Below, piece by piece: positions 1-9,540 of a stretch of DNA of 64,000 nt. The notes below the pieces were generated by a model, which did no database searches, was not told where the DNA came from, and saw nothing but the letters and a program-made list of their open reading frames with translations. Within the stretch, counting starts at the first letter, position 1, and every line of letters starts with the position of its first letter. Source of the DNA: Candidatus Parcubacteria bacterium (lineage in GTDB: Bacteria > Patescibacteriota > Patescibacteriia > UBA1558 > GWA2-36-10); the NCBI GenBank assembly GCA_018669975.1, contig JABHSK010000007.1, positions 128,390-192,389 of the forward strand. The letters run 5' to 3'. The position numbers and the translations under genes are program-made.

Positions 1-287
1 TTGGTTTTGTTTTTACAGTTTTGTTTTTAATATTATTTATTTTATTAATATTGAGAGGTTTTAAAATTTTAAAAGAAGCTCCAGATAATTTTGCTAAGTT
101 AGTGGTATTGGGTATTGTGGCTTGGCTTTCTATTCAGGTGTTTGTTAATGTGGCTGGCATGATTCAATTGGCACCATTAACTGGCGTGCCCTTACCTTTT
201 ATATCTTTAGGTGGTACTAATCTAGTTATTACTTTGGTATCGATGGGTGTATTGGCTAATATTTCTAAATATACGAACTATAAATAA
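1..287 (+). CDS. ftsW: SEDS-family peptidoglycan polymerase FtsW/RodA, C-terminal fragment (gene continues upstream of the window)
   Basis: Reading frame is open to the window edge. C-terminal motif GVPLPFISLGGTNLV is typical of FtsW/RodA. It sits directly upstream of murG, as in dcw clusters. Confidence 0.7.
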   Translation, partial: GFVFTVLFLILFILLILRGFKILKEAPDNFAKLVVLGIVAWLSIQVFVNVAGMIQLAPLTGVPLPFISLGGTNLVITLVSMGVLANISKYTNYK

Positions 288-1313
288 ATGTCAGATAAAA
301 AACCAAAAATTATTTTAGCCGGAGGTGGGACGCTGGGTTCAGTAAGTCCACTTTTAGCTATTGCTAGTAAGTATCAGGCGGATTATTTATTTATTGGTAG
401 TGATGATGGTCCAGAAAAAAAGATAATAGAGGACAAGCACATAGAATTTTTAGCTATCAAGAGTGGGAAATTACGTCGTTATTTCGACTGGAAAAATTTT
501 GCAGATATAATAAAGATCAAGTTAGCTTTTTGGCAGAGCTTAAATATAATAAATAAATTTAAACCAGACATTGTTTTGACTGCTGGAAGCTTTGTAGCTG
601 TGCCCGTAGTTTGGGCGGCTTGGATTTTGCGAGTACCAGTGATAGTGCATCAGCAAGACATTAAAGTTGGTCTAGCAAACAAACTAATGGCTCCTTTTGC
701 CAAAAAAATTACGGTCACTTTTAAAGAGCAGGTATCTAATTTTAAACACAACAAAGTGGTGATTACCGGTAATCCAGTTAGAAAAATGCAGACAGAAGAA
801 GTTTACAAGCCAATTGTGGTGATTACTGGGGGTGGACTTGGTGCTCGTCGGCTAAATAATTTCGTTGCTCTTTTTATACCTAAGTTGTTAGAAAAATATG
901 AAGTTCATCATATTTTGGGAGACAGAAATTGGGATCAGAAATTAGAACTAGATGGTTATTATCCATATAAGTTTATTAAGCGCGGCATGCTTAATATGTT
1001 GTCTCAGGCAGATATAGTTATTTCTCGAGCTGGAATGTCTTTAATTACTGAAGTGGCAGCCCTTAAAAAAGCTCTAGTGTTGATTCCTATACCAGATAGT
1101 CATCAAGAGAGGAATGCAGCTTTCTTTGCCAAGAAAAATGCAGCTATCATGGTTAAGCAGGGTTCAGATAAAATTATGGGGCGTTATTTGGATAAATTGA
1201 TGGAAAGTGATATTTTAAGAACAGGTTTAGCTAATAATTTACACCAGGCGTTTCCTAAGTATGCAGTGAATGATTATATTATTTTAATTAATAAAATTTT
1301 AAATAAAGAATAA
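288..1313 (+). CDS. murG: UDP-GlcNAc:undecaprenyl-PP-MurNAc-pentapeptide GlcNAc transferase MurG
   Basis: N-terminal ILAGGGTLGSVSPLLAIA G-loop, GT28 architecture, dcw context. Confidence 0.9.
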   Translation: MSDKKPKIILAGGGTLGSVSPLLAIASKYQADYLFIGSDDGPEKKIIEDKHIEFLAIKSGKLRRYFDWKNFADIIKIKLAFWQSLNIINKFKPDIVLTAGSFVAVPVVWAAWILRVPVIVHQQDIKVGLANKLMAPFAKKITVTFKEQVSNFKHNKVVITGNPVRKMQTEEVYKPIVVITGGGLGARRLNNFVALFIPKLLEKYEVHHILGDRNWDQKLELDGYYPYKFIKRGMLNMLSQADIVISRAGMSLITEVAALKKALVLIPIPDSHQERNAAFFAKKNAAIMVKQGSDKIMGRYLDKLMESDILRTGLANNLHQAFPKYAVNDYIILINKILNKE

Positions 1314-1651
1314 TGTCTTATTCAACACAATTTTTAGGACAAAAAGTAAGAGTAAAGATTGATCGGGCTATGGGCAGTAAGCATCCTAAGTTTGATATGA
1401 TCTACCCAATTAATTATGGTTTTATTGAAGGTATAATGGCTCCCGATGGTGAGGAGCTAGATGCTTATATTTTAGGAGTAGATAAACCCGTTGAGCAGTT
1501 CACTGGTCAGTGTATTGCTGTTATACATCGTACAGATGATGAAGATGATAAGTTGATAGTAGTACCTGAAGGCGAAGATTATACAGATGAAGAAATTAGA
1601 GAGCTGACAGATTTTCAGGAAAAATATTTTAAATCAGAAATTATTAGATAA
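1313..1651 (+). CDS. Inorganic pyrophosphatase-like protein, N-terminally truncated (112 aa)
   Basis: Aligns by eye to the C-terminal two-thirds of family I PPase: YPINYGFI, DGEELDAYIL (compare DGDPVDVLV), DDEDDKLIVVP (compare DEAGEDAKLVAVP). It lacks the first roughly 45-60 residues. Confidence 0.55.
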   Translation: MSYSTQFLGQKVRVKIDRAMGSKHPKFDMIYPINYGFIEGIMAPDGEELDAYILGVDKPVEQFTGQCIAVIHRTDDEDDKLIVVPEGEDYTDEEIRELTDFQEKYFKSEIIR

Positions 1652-1658
1652 AACAATA

Positions 1659-3026
1659 ATGAAGTTAGATTTAAAAAAAATAAATAAAGTTTATTTATCA
1701 GGTATTGGTGGCATTGGTTTGTCAGCCATTGCTTATTATTTTTTAAATTTAGAGAAACAGGTAGAGGGTTCTGATTTAATTGAATCAGAAGTGACTAGAA
1801 GGCTTATTGAAGCCGGCGTTGATGTTAAGTTTAAACAAAAATCTAATAATATTTCGAATGATGTTGATTTATTGGTATATTCTTCTGCTTTACCAATAGA
1901 TCATGTTGAGCTAGTAAAAGCTAAAGAATTAAAGATTCCTAGTCTGAGTTATTTTGAATTTCTGGGTTTGTTGAGTAAGCAGTACAAGACTATCGCAGTG
2001 ACTGGTACCAACGGCAAGACCACTACTACAGCTATGTTGGGTTTGATGTTGGAAAAAGCAGGTTTAGATCCTACGGTAATAGTTGGTAGTTTGGTACCAC
2101 AGTGGAATAGTAATTTTAGACTAGGCCAGTCAGATATTTTAGTAGTGGAAGCCTGTGAGTGGCAAGCACATATGTTGGAGATTGATCCTGATATTATTGT
2201 GCTAACTAATATCGCCGAGGACCATTTAGATTTTTATAAAGATTTAACAGATATTAAAAATCATTTTCAAAAGTTTGTTGATAAATTACCCAAAGATGGA
2301 GTACTGGTCAAAAATTTTGATGACCAAGATTCAGACGACATAAAGTTTGCCGGTAAGCTTTTGACTTTTGGCAAGGGTGATAAAGCAGATTGTCATTTTA
2401 AAGATGTTGTTATTGATGAGGGTCAACAAAAATTTTCTGTTTATAAAGAGGGCAAAGAGATGTCAAAAGTAGAATTAGCAGTACCAGGTGAATATAATAT
2501 TTACAATGCTTTAGGGGCTATGGCAGTGGCCAAACAGCTGGGAGTAAATAAACATCAGATGTGGAATGCCATGCGAGAGTTTAAGGGAACTTGGCGTAGA
2601 TTTGAAACTGTTGGACAAATAAAGAATAATATTGTTATTTCGGATTATGCTCATCATCCAGAGTCAATCAATGGTTTACTTAGGGCAACTAAAGATTTTT
2701 ATCCAGATAAAAAGATAATTGCTGTGTTCCAGCCCCACCATCATAACCGCACTAAGACCTTATTGGATGATTTTGCCAAAGCTTTTTATTTAGCTGATCA
2801 AGTAATAATCTCAGAAATTTATCAGGTTAGTGGTCGGGAAAATGAAAAACATGAAGCTGTTAGTAGCCATGATTTAATTGCCAAAATGAATCATAATAAA
2901 AAATATTATGCCAAGGATTTTTCTGAGGCTAGAAAAATCCTTAAGGATATTAACCCAGTTGATGCAGTAATATTGTTTATTGGAGCAGGGGACATAGATG
3001 ATTTGGCTAGAGAAGTAATTGATTAA
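1659..3026 (+). CDS. murC: UDP-N-acetylmuramate--L-alanine ligase MurC
   Basis: Mur ligase P-loop VTGTNGKTTTTAML; MurC N-terminal SGIGGIGLSAIA. Confidence 0.9.
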   Translation: MKLDLKKINKVYLSGIGGIGLSAIAYYFLNLEKQVEGSDLIESEVTRRLIEAGVDVKFKQKSNNISNDVDLLVYSSALPIDHVELVKAKELKIPSLSYFEFLGLLSKQYKTIAVTGTNGKTTTTAMLGLMLEKAGLDPTVIVGSLVPQWNSNFRLGQSDILVVEACEWQAHMLEIDPDIIVLTNIAEDHLDFYKDLTDIKNHFQKFVDKLPKDGVLVKNFDDQDSDDIKFAGKLLTFGKGDKADCHFKDVVIDEGQQKFSVYKEGKEMSKVELAVPGEYNIYNALGAMAVAKQLGVNKHQMWNAMREFKGTWRRFETVGQIKNNIVISDYAHHPESINGLLRATKDFYPDKKIIAVFQPHHHNRTKTLLDDFAKAFYLADQVIISEIYQVSGRENEKHEAVSSHDLIAKMNHNKKYYAKDFSEARKILKDINPVDAVILFIGAGDIDDLAREVID

Positions 3027-3134
3027 TATGAAATCAATTAAATTATTAAGATTAGGACGTTTCAAAATATCCTTTGCTTGGTATGATTTGTGGATTGGTT
3101 TTTATATAGATAGTGATGAAAATATTTTATATAT

Positions 3135-4091
3135 TTGTCCAATACCAACTTTATTGTTTACGATAAAATTATGAAAATAAAAGAAAAAGTTCTATTAAAA
3201 GACTACACAACTTTTAAAATAGGTGGGCCAGCTAAACATTTTGTAGAAGTATCTACTATTGAAGAATTGCAGGAAGCCTTGGTTTGGGCCAAAGAAAATA
3301 AACAGCAGTTTTTGATTTTGGGAGGAGGTAGTAATGTAATTGTATCTGACAGTGGTTTCGCTGGTTTAGTAATTAAGCTAGATCTACAGCAACTAGACTT
3401 TAATGATAATAAAGTGACAGTTGGTCCAGGAGTAATGCTAGCCTACTTACTTAATAAATCTTTAGCTAAAGATTTGGTTGGTTTGGAATTTGCCGCTGGT
3501 ATTCCAGGTACTGTTGGAGGGGCGATTCGTGGTAACGCTGGTACCTATGGACTAGCCATGTCTGATGTTATTGTTAAGATAAAATATCTAGACGACGACT
3601 ATACTGTTCAGGAAATGAGCAAGAAGAAAGCGGGATTTTCCTACCGTCATAGTATTTTTAAAACAAATAGTTGGATTATTTTAGAAGCAGAGCTAAAATT
3701 ATCTACTGGCAATGTAGATGCAGCTAAAAAATTGGTAGCTGATAGATTGCAATATCGTCAGGATACACAACCAAATCAACCTTCAGCCGGCTGCATTTTT
3801 AAGAATATTCGCTTTGAAGATGTTGATTTGAAAGATCTTAAAGACAGGAATGTGGATGTTGATAAGTTCGCTGAGCACAAGAAAATACCAGCTGGTTATT
3901 TGATTGAAAAGATGGGTCTTAAAGGACATGTTATTGGAGATGCTCAAATTTCAGAAAAACATGCTAATTATATCGTCAATAAAGGTCAGGCTACAGCAGA
4001 ACAAGTAATAATAATGATTAGCTTTATAAAGCAGCAAATACGGGATAAATATGGTATTCAGCTACAGGAAGAAGTGCAGATTATAGTCTAG
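3135..4091 (+). CDS. murB: UDP-N-acetylenolpyruvoylglucosamine reductase MurB
   Basis: FAD-binding LKDYTTFKIGGPA...ILGGGSNV motif. Confidence 0.85.
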   Translation: MSNTNFIVYDKIMKIKEKVLLKDYTTFKIGGPAKHFVEVSTIEELQEALVWAKENKQQFLILGGGSNVIVSDSGFAGLVIKLDLQQLDFNDNKVTVGPGVMLAYLLNKSLAKDLVGLEFAAGIPGTVGGAIRGNAGTYGLAMSDVIVKIKYLDDDYTVQEMSKKKAGFSYRHSIFKTNSWIILEAELKLSTGNVDAAKKLVADRLQYRQDTQPNQPSAGCIFKNIRFEDVDLKDLKDRNVDVDKFAEHKKIPAGYLIEKMGLKGHVIGDAQISEKHANYIVNKGQATAEQVIIMISFIKQQIRDKYGIQLQEEVQIIV

Positions 4092-4125
4092 ATTGATGTA
4101 TTTATCGGAAGTGGGCCTAAAATGA

Positions 4126-4153
4126 TTGACAAATCAAAAAAAATCTGTATAAT
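4126..4153 (+). promoter_or_regulatory. Sigma70-type promoter of the infA-ribosomal operon (TTGACA-N16-TATAAT)
   Basis: ttgacaaatcaaaaaaaatctgtataat seen directly, about 110 nt upstream of infA. Confidence 0.6.
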
Positions 4154-4262
4154 ATAGGGGCGTTTATTATGCAGTGAGATTATTATTAATTTCGCGCTTT
4201 TGAAAGATAATTCTATATATCAAATTAATGATGTATGATGAATTTCTTTTTTATTATAAAAA

Positions 4263-4499
4263 ATGGAGGATACACAAAGCAAAGTAAATAAAAAGGGTTT
4301 CTTGGAGATGGACGGCGAAGTTGTCGAACTTCTTCCTAACACTAACTTTAAAGTCATGTTAGATAATGGACATGAGATTTTGGCTCACTTAGCCGGCAAG
4401 ATGAGAATGTATAAAATTCGTATTTTGCCAGGTGATAAAGTGACAGTTGAGATGAGTCCATACGATATGAGTAAAGGTAGAATTGTTTTTAGAAAATAA
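4263..4499 (+). CDS. infA: Translation initiation factor IF-1
   Basis: S1-like OB fold, ...[30 protein letters not shown]. Confidence 0.9.
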   Translation: MEDTQSKVNKKGFLEMDGEVVELLPNTNFKVMLDNGHEILAHLAGKMRMYKIRILPGDKVTVEMSPYDMSKGRIVFRK

Positions 4500-4513
4500 A
4501 TTATATAAGAAAG

Positions 4514-4627
4514 ATGAAAGTAAGAGCTTCAGTCAAAAAGATGTGTAAGGATTGTAAAATTATTCGACGTAAGAATAGAGTTGTTTGTATTTGTAAGACT
4601 CCAAAACACAAACAGAGACAGGGCTAA
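4514..4627 (+). CDS. rpmJ: 50S ribosomal protein L36 (37 aa; below the ORF-track length cutoff)
   Basis: Translated by hand: [37 protein letters not shown], the C-x2-C-x12-C-x4-H zinc ribbon of L36. Canonical position between infA and rpsM. Confidence 0.85.
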   Translation: MKVRASVKKMCKDCKIIRRKNRVVCICKTPKHKQRQG

Positions 4628-4651
4628 TTTTTATTTTAAGAAGAAAAACAT

Positions 4652-5038
4652 ATGGCAAGAATTTCAGGCGTTAACATTCCAAATGATAAAAGAGTAGTAA
4701 TAGCACTTACTTATATTTTTGGAGTTGGTTTAACAACCTCACAAAAGATTTTGACAGAAATAAATGTTGATTTTAATACCAGAGTCAAAGATTTAAATGA
4801 TGATCAACTAAGATTACTTCGCGGTAGAATAGAGAAGTTATTGGTTGAAGGTGAGTTGAGAAGAACCAAGGCTGCTAATATCAAGCGTTTGAAAGAAATA
4901 AAATCTTTCCGTGGCAGTAGACATACAAAAGGTTTACCAGTTAGAGGTCAAAGGTCAAAGACTAACTCACGTACAGTACGTGGTAATAAACGTTTGACTA
5001 TGGGTAGTGGTAAAACTGGAACTGCACAGAAAACATAA
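4652..5038 (+). CDS. rpsM: 30S ribosomal protein S13
   Basis: [10 protein letters not shown]...VGLTT motif. Confidence 0.9.
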   Translation: MARISGVNIPNDKRVVIALTYIFGVGLTTSQKILTEINVDFNTRVKDLNDDQLRLLRGRIEKLLVEGELRRTKAANIKRLKEIKSFRGSRHTKGLPVRGQRSKTNSRTVRGNKRLTMGSGKTGTAQKT

Positions 5039-5062
5039 TTTTTAGTTTAGAAATATTTTGAT

Positions 5063-5446
5063 ATGAAAAAAGTAAAGTCAAAAAAGAAAGTAAAGAAGAT
5101 AGTAAAAAAGGGTCAAGCTCATATTCAAGCTACCTATAATAATACTATTGTGACGATCACTGATCCACAGGGAAATGTGTTGGCTTGGTCATCTGCCGGA
5201 ATTAACGGTTTTAAAGGACCTAAAAAGGCTACTCCGTATGCAGCTGGAATTATCGTCAGGAATGTTGCTGAGAAAGTCAAAGATTTTAATATGTCAGAAG
5301 TCGATGTCTTTGTAAAAGGTGTCGGTGCTGGTCGTGAAGCTTCAATTAGAGCCTTGCATGGTAATGGATTGACTGTTAACTCAATTCAAGATCAAACACC
5401 AATACCGCACAACGGTTGTCGACCAAAGAAAACAAGAAGAGTTTAA
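5063..5446 (+). CDS. rpsK: 30S ribosomal protein S11
   Basis: [20 protein letters not shown] signature. Confidence 0.9.
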   Translation: MKKVKSKKKVKKIVKKGQAHIQATYNNTIVTITDPQGNVLAWSSAGINGFKGPKKATPYAAGIIVRNVAEKVKDFNMSEVDVFVKGVGAGREASIRALHGNGLTVNSIQDQTPIPHNGCRPKKTRRV

Positions 5447-5459
5447 TACTAATTGAAAT

Positions 5460-6074
5460 ATGGGAAGAAATCTAAAACCACGACATAAAGCTAGCCGAAG
5501 ATTTGGAGAGAATGTTGCTGATACAGCTAAGTCTCCTTTGGCTAAAAAGCCATATCCACCAGGAATGCATGGTCCTAAAAAGACTTTTGCTAAAGTTTCT
5601 GAATATGGTCGTCAGTTAAAGGAAAAACAAAAAGCCAAGGCTATTTATGGTCTTTTGGAAAAACAGTTTCGTCTTACTTTTTCTAAAGCATCAAAGATGA
5701 CTGGTGAAATTAGTAGTAATTTATTATTACTTTTAGAAACTCGTTTAGATAACGTAATTTTTCGCTCAGGTTTAGCTCCTACTAGACGTTTAGCTAGACA
5801 ATTGGTAACGCATGCCCATTTTACTGTTGATGGAGTTAAAACAAACATTCCTTCATATAGGGTAAAACCAGGACAAGTTATTAAGCTTAAAGAAAACAAG
5901 CTTAAAAAAGCTTATTGGGCTAAGATTTTAGAAAAGATCGAAGACATTGAATCAGCTGGTTGGTTGACTCTAGATAAAAAAGAAATGAGTATTACTATTA
6001 GTAGCTTACCAAACAAGGAAGAGTTACCACAAAACATTGAAACTCATTTGATTATTGATTTTTATTCAAGATAA
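5460..6074 (+). CDS. rpsD: 30S ribosomal protein S4
   Basis: MGRNLKPRHKASRRFGENV N-terminus and S4 domain. Confidence 0.9.
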   Translation: MGRNLKPRHKASRRFGENVADTAKSPLAKKPYPPGMHGPKKTFAKVSEYGRQLKEKQKAKAIYGLLEKQFRLTFSKASKMTGEISSNLLLLLETRLDNVIFRSGLAPTRRLARQLVTHAHFTVDGVKTNIPSYRVKPGQVIKLKENKLKKAYWAKILEKIEDIESAGWLTLDKKEMSITISSLPNKEELPQNIETHLIIDFYSR

Positions 6075-6099
6075 TAAATAAAAACTAAAAAATAGAGCC

Positions 6100-6870
6100 A
6101 TGACACAAATTACATTACCAGGCAAAGTTTCTATCAAAGACCAAAAAGATAATCGCTACCAAGTGATTATTGAGCCATTTTATCCTGGTTTCGGGGTAAC
6201 TGTAGGCAATTCTTTGAGGAGAGCTTTATTGTCATCACTAGGTGGTGCTGCTGTTACTTCTTTCAAGATTGACGGTGCACAGCATGAATTCGATTCTATT
6301 GATTTCATGAAGGAGGATTTAGTAGAGGTTATGCTAAATTTAAAGAAATTAAGAGTAAAATCATTTTCAGAAGAGCCAGTTAAATTAATGGTTGATGTTA
6401 AAGGTGCAAAAGTTGTGACTGCAGCTGATATTACTAAAAATTCTGATGTAGAAGTTATCAATAAAGATATGGTCATTGCTACTTTAACAGATAAAACTGC
6501 TAAATTATCAATGGAAATTATAGTTGAGCAAGGCATCGGTTATGTGACAGTGGAACAAAGAGACGATAAAGAGAAGTTAGATATCGGTAATGTTGCTATT
6601 GACGCTAGTTTTTCACCAGTTTTGAATGTTGGTTATAATATAGAGAGTGTTCGTGTTGGTGAAATGACCAACTATGAAAAGCTTACTATGGACATTTTAA
6701 CTGATGGAAGTATTGATGCTAAAGAAGCTATCAGTCAGGCAGCTAAAATATTGGAAGAACATTTTAATTTCTTGATTGACTCAGGAGACAAAAAAGAAAC
6801 CAAGAAAAAAACCACAAAGAAAGAAGCTGCTGAAGAAGAAAAAGAGGAAATCGAAGAAGATAAAGAATAA
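6100..6870 (+). CDS. rpoA: DNA-directed RNA polymerase alpha subunit, N-terminal domain only, with a Lys/Glu-rich tail and no alpha-CTD
   Basis: alpha-NTD motifs ...GNSLRRALLSS.... The 256-aa product ends in KKETKKKTTKKEAAEEEKEEIEEDKE instead of the roughly 80-aa CTD. Confidence 0.85.
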   Translation: MTQITLPGKVSIKDQKDNRYQVIIEPFYPGFGVTVGNSLRRALLSSLGGAAVTSFKIDGAQHEFDSIDFMKEDLVEVMLNLKKLRVKSFSEEPVKLMVDVKGAKVVTAADITKNSDVEVINKDMVIATLTDKTAKLSMEIIVEQGIGYVTVEQRDDKEKLDIGNVAIDASFSPVLNVGYNIESVRVGEMTNYEKLTMDILTDGSIDAKEAISQAAKILEEHFNFLIDSGDKKETKKKTTKKEAAEEEKEEIEEDKE

Positions 6871-6882
6871 ACTATATAAAAA

Positions 6883-7233
6883 ATGAGACACCGTAATAAG
6901 AAAAAAATATTAGACAGAGCCCGAGCTCCACGTCAAGCAATGTTGGAGAATTTGGCTACTTCTATTATTTTATATGAAAAAATCACTACTACTGAGGCTA
7001 AAGCCAAGGCAGTTAAGCCAATGTTGGAAAAGTTGATTACCAGATCAAAAATAAAGTCAGTTCACAATAAACAACAACTAGGCAGTGTTTTGCACGATAA
7101 AAAAGCTGTACAAAAAGCCCTGGATGTTTTAGGGCCAAAATATAAAGAGAGAAAAGGTGGTTATTGCCGAATCATTAAGATTGGTCCAAGAGCTGGAGAT
7201 GGTGCAAATATGGCTCAAATTGAATTAGTATAA
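6883..7233 (+). CDS. rplQ: 50S ribosomal protein L17
   Basis: MRHRNKKKILDRARAPRQAMLENLATS. Confidence 0.9.
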   Translation: MRHRNKKKILDRARAPRQAMLENLATSIILYEKITTTEAKAKAVKPMLEKLITRSKIKSVHNKQQLGSVLHDKKAVQKALDVLGPKYKERKGGYCRIIKIGPRAGDGANMAQIELV

Positions 7234-7247
7234 TATTTTATAAAATC

Positions 7248-7595
7248 ATGGAAAGAACAACACACAAAATTGATGCTACAGAGAGAATTGCCGGTCGTTT
7301 GGCTTCAGAGATCGCTGTTTTATTGCAAGGTAAAAACAAGGTTTCTTATCAACCAAATGTAGACTGTGGCGATATTGTAGAAGTCACCAATGTAGCTAAG
7401 ATTAAATTTTCTGGAAAAAAGATCGATACCAAGGTTTATCATAGGACTACTATGTATCCAAGTGGTATCAGAACTAAGGAGTTAAAGAATTTAATTAAAG
7501 ATGATCCAGCAGAAGTACTTAGAAAGACTATTTACAATATGCTACCAAAAAATAGACTTAGATCTAACATGTTAAAAAGATTGATTATTAAATAA
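7248..7595 (+). CDS. rplM: 50S ribosomal protein L13
   Basis: L13 family pattern. Confidence 0.85.
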   Translation: MERTTHKIDATERIAGRLASEIAVLLQGKNKVSYQPNVDCGDIVEVTNVAKIKFSGKKIDTKVYHRTTMYPSGIRTKELKNLIKDDPAEVLRKTIYNMLPKNRLRSNMLKRLIIK

Positions 7596-7596
7596 T

Positions 7597-8010
7597 ATGA
7601 GTGTAAAAACTGATAACAAAGAATATACCCCAGCTGTCGGCAAAAGAAAGTGTGCTATCGCTAGAATTAGATTGCTGAATAAAAAAGTTAATGGTATTGA
7701 AATTATAGTTAATGAAAAGGATTATAAAGTATATTTTCCATATTTTGAATGGCAGGAAGCTATTTTAAAGCCAATAATTTTAGCTGGACAGGAGAACATC
7801 GCTTTTTCTATTAAAGTCCACGGCGGCGGTCCTAAGGGCCAGTCAGATGCTGTTAGACATGGTATTGCCAAGGTTTTACTTAAACAAGATGAAGAATTAC
7901 GTGCTACACTCAAAAAAGAGGGTTTATTGACTAGAGATTCTAGGGTTAAGGAAAGAAAGAAGCCTGGTTTGAGAAAAGCTCGTCGAGCTCCACAATGGTC
8001 AAAACGTTAA
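7597..8010 (+). CDS. rpsI: 30S ribosomal protein S9
   Basis: ...GGGPKGQSDAVRHGIAKVL...RRAPQWSKR C-terminus. Confidence 0.9.
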   Translation: MSVKTDNKEYTPAVGKRKCAIARIRLLNKKVNGIEIIVNEKDYKVYFPYFEWQEAILKPIILAGQENIAFSIKVHGGGPKGQSDAVRHGIAKVLLKQDEELRATLKKEGLLTRDSRVKERKKPGLRKARRAPQWSKR

Positions 8011-8034
8011 TATAAATATATTAAAAAATCCCGG

Positions 8035-8062
8035 ATCTTACGGGATTTTTTGTTTGGGATAA
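8035..8062 (+). terminator. Rho-independent terminator of the ribosomal operon
   Basis: aatcccg-gatctta-cgggatt followed by tttttt. Confidence 0.75.
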
Positions 8063-8100
8063 ATCTTTATTTTTAAGGTCTTTTCTGCTATAATTAGCCT

Positions 8101-9540
8101 ATGGTAACAGCCCAAAAGATCACTGCTAATACCTCTTTTTTTATGGTTGCTTTGGTGTTGCAAAAGCTTCTTTCTTTTATTTATTTTACTTTACTGGCGA
8201 GAACTTTGGGTGCCGAGGGTACTGGGCAGTATTTTTTTGCTATTTCTTTCGCCACTATGTTTTCCGTGTTAATGGATGTGGGTTTGACACCAGTGCTTAT
8301 CAGAGAGGTAGCCAAGGATAAAGAAAACGGTCAAAAGTGGTTTCAACAGATATTTACTCTCAAAATTATTACTGGCATAATCACTGTGTTGATATTGGTA
8401 ATTACTGACAGTGTTATTTTTTATAGCGATGCTGTTAGGAACTTAATATATTTAACCACAGCGATTGTTTTGATAGATAGCTTTACTCTGTTGTTTTACG
8501 GGTATATCAGAGGTCGTCAAAGTTTGAAATTTGAATCATGGGGAACAATTATCTTTCAGTTGATCATTATGGTGATGGGTTTAAGCTTGATGCAGATTAC
8601 AAATAATGTATTGGTTTTGCTGACAGTTTTATTTACGGCTAGTTTATTTAATTTAATTTTTTCAGGGATAATTTTAGTTAAGAAGTTTAAAGTTAAATTT
8701 AAACTTTATTATAGACAGGATTTTGTTAAGAAAATAATAGCTGTTACTTTACCCTTTGCTTTGGCGGCTATTTTTGCCAAAATCTATGCCTACATGGATA
8801 CATTTTTATTAAAGATGTTTTTGGGTGATGCTGAAGTTGGTTTTTATAGTATTGCTTATAAAATTACCTTTGCTTTACAGTTTATTCCTTTGGCTTTTGT
8901 GGCTGCACTTTATCCAGCTTTTTCTAGTTATTTTAAAAATGATTATGAGCAACTTAAAAAAGTTTTTGCTAAAGCTTTTAACTATTTAGCCTTTATAGCC
9001 TTACCAGTTAGTTTTGGTGTGATAGCATTAGCTGAAGAAATAGTAGCTAAACTTTATACGCAAGAATTTAGTTTTTCTATCCTGCCTTTGCAGGTTTTAA
9101 TAGTTAGTATTCCATTTTTGTTTATTAATTTTTCATTATCCAGTTTTCTTAATGCCACTAATAGACAAAAAATTAACACTAGAAATTTAGGTTTGGTGAT
9201 GGCATTAAATGTTATTTTAAATATAATATTTATTCCTAGGCTAGGTATTTGGGGAGCTAGTTTAGCTTCCTCTCTGAGCACTTTATTATTATTCACGCTT
9301 AATTTAACTGCGGTTTTACGGGTTACTAGTTTTAAAGCTAAATTATTCAAACCATTAATAGGTTCTTTATTTTCAGCCTTAATTATGTTTGGGGTGGTGC
9401 TTTATATGAAAGATATTATACATTGGATATTGTCTATTATAGTTGGAGTAATTGTGTATCTAGTGCTAATGTTTATTACTAAGACCCTAAAGCAGTCAGA
9501 TATAATGTTTATAAAAAAGTCATTCGGTAAACCAAGTTAA
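8101..9540 (+). CDS. Polysaccharide/oligosaccharide flippase (Wzx / MOP superfamily), about 12 TM helices
   Basis: 479-aa polytopic membrane protein at the head of a glycosyltransferase cluster, with the Wzx-like hydrophobicity pattern. Confidence 0.6.
   Translation: MVTAQKITANTSFFMVALVLQKLLSFIYFTLLARTLGAEGTGQYFFAISFATMFSVLMDVGLTPVLIREVAKDKENGQKWFQQIFTLKIITGIITVLILVITDSVIFYSDAVRNLIYLTTAIVLIDSFTLLFYGYIRGRQSLKFESWGTIIFQLIIMVMGLSLMQITNNVLVLLTVLFTASLFNLIFSGIILVKKFKVKFKLYYRQDFVKKIIAVTLPFALAAIFAKIYAYMDTFLLKMFLGDAEVGFYSIAYKITFALQFIPLAFVAALYPAFSSYFKNDYEQLKKVFAKAFNYLAFIALPVSFGVIALAEEIVAKLYTQEFSFSILPLQVLIVSIPFLFINFSLSSFLNATNRQKINTRNLGLVMALNVILNIIFIPRLGIWGASLASSLSTLLLFTLNLTAVLRVTSFKAKLFKPLIGSLFSALIMFGVVLYMKDIIHWILSIIVGVIVYLVLMFITKTLKQSDIMFIKKSFGKPS

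Noticed and set aside
2874-9350. Minus-strand ORFs 2874..3065, 5645..5899, 6180..6536, 7722..7913, 9054..9350
   Set aside because: They are antisense ORFs inside the well-conserved genes murC, rpsD, rpoA, rpsI and the flippase gene.
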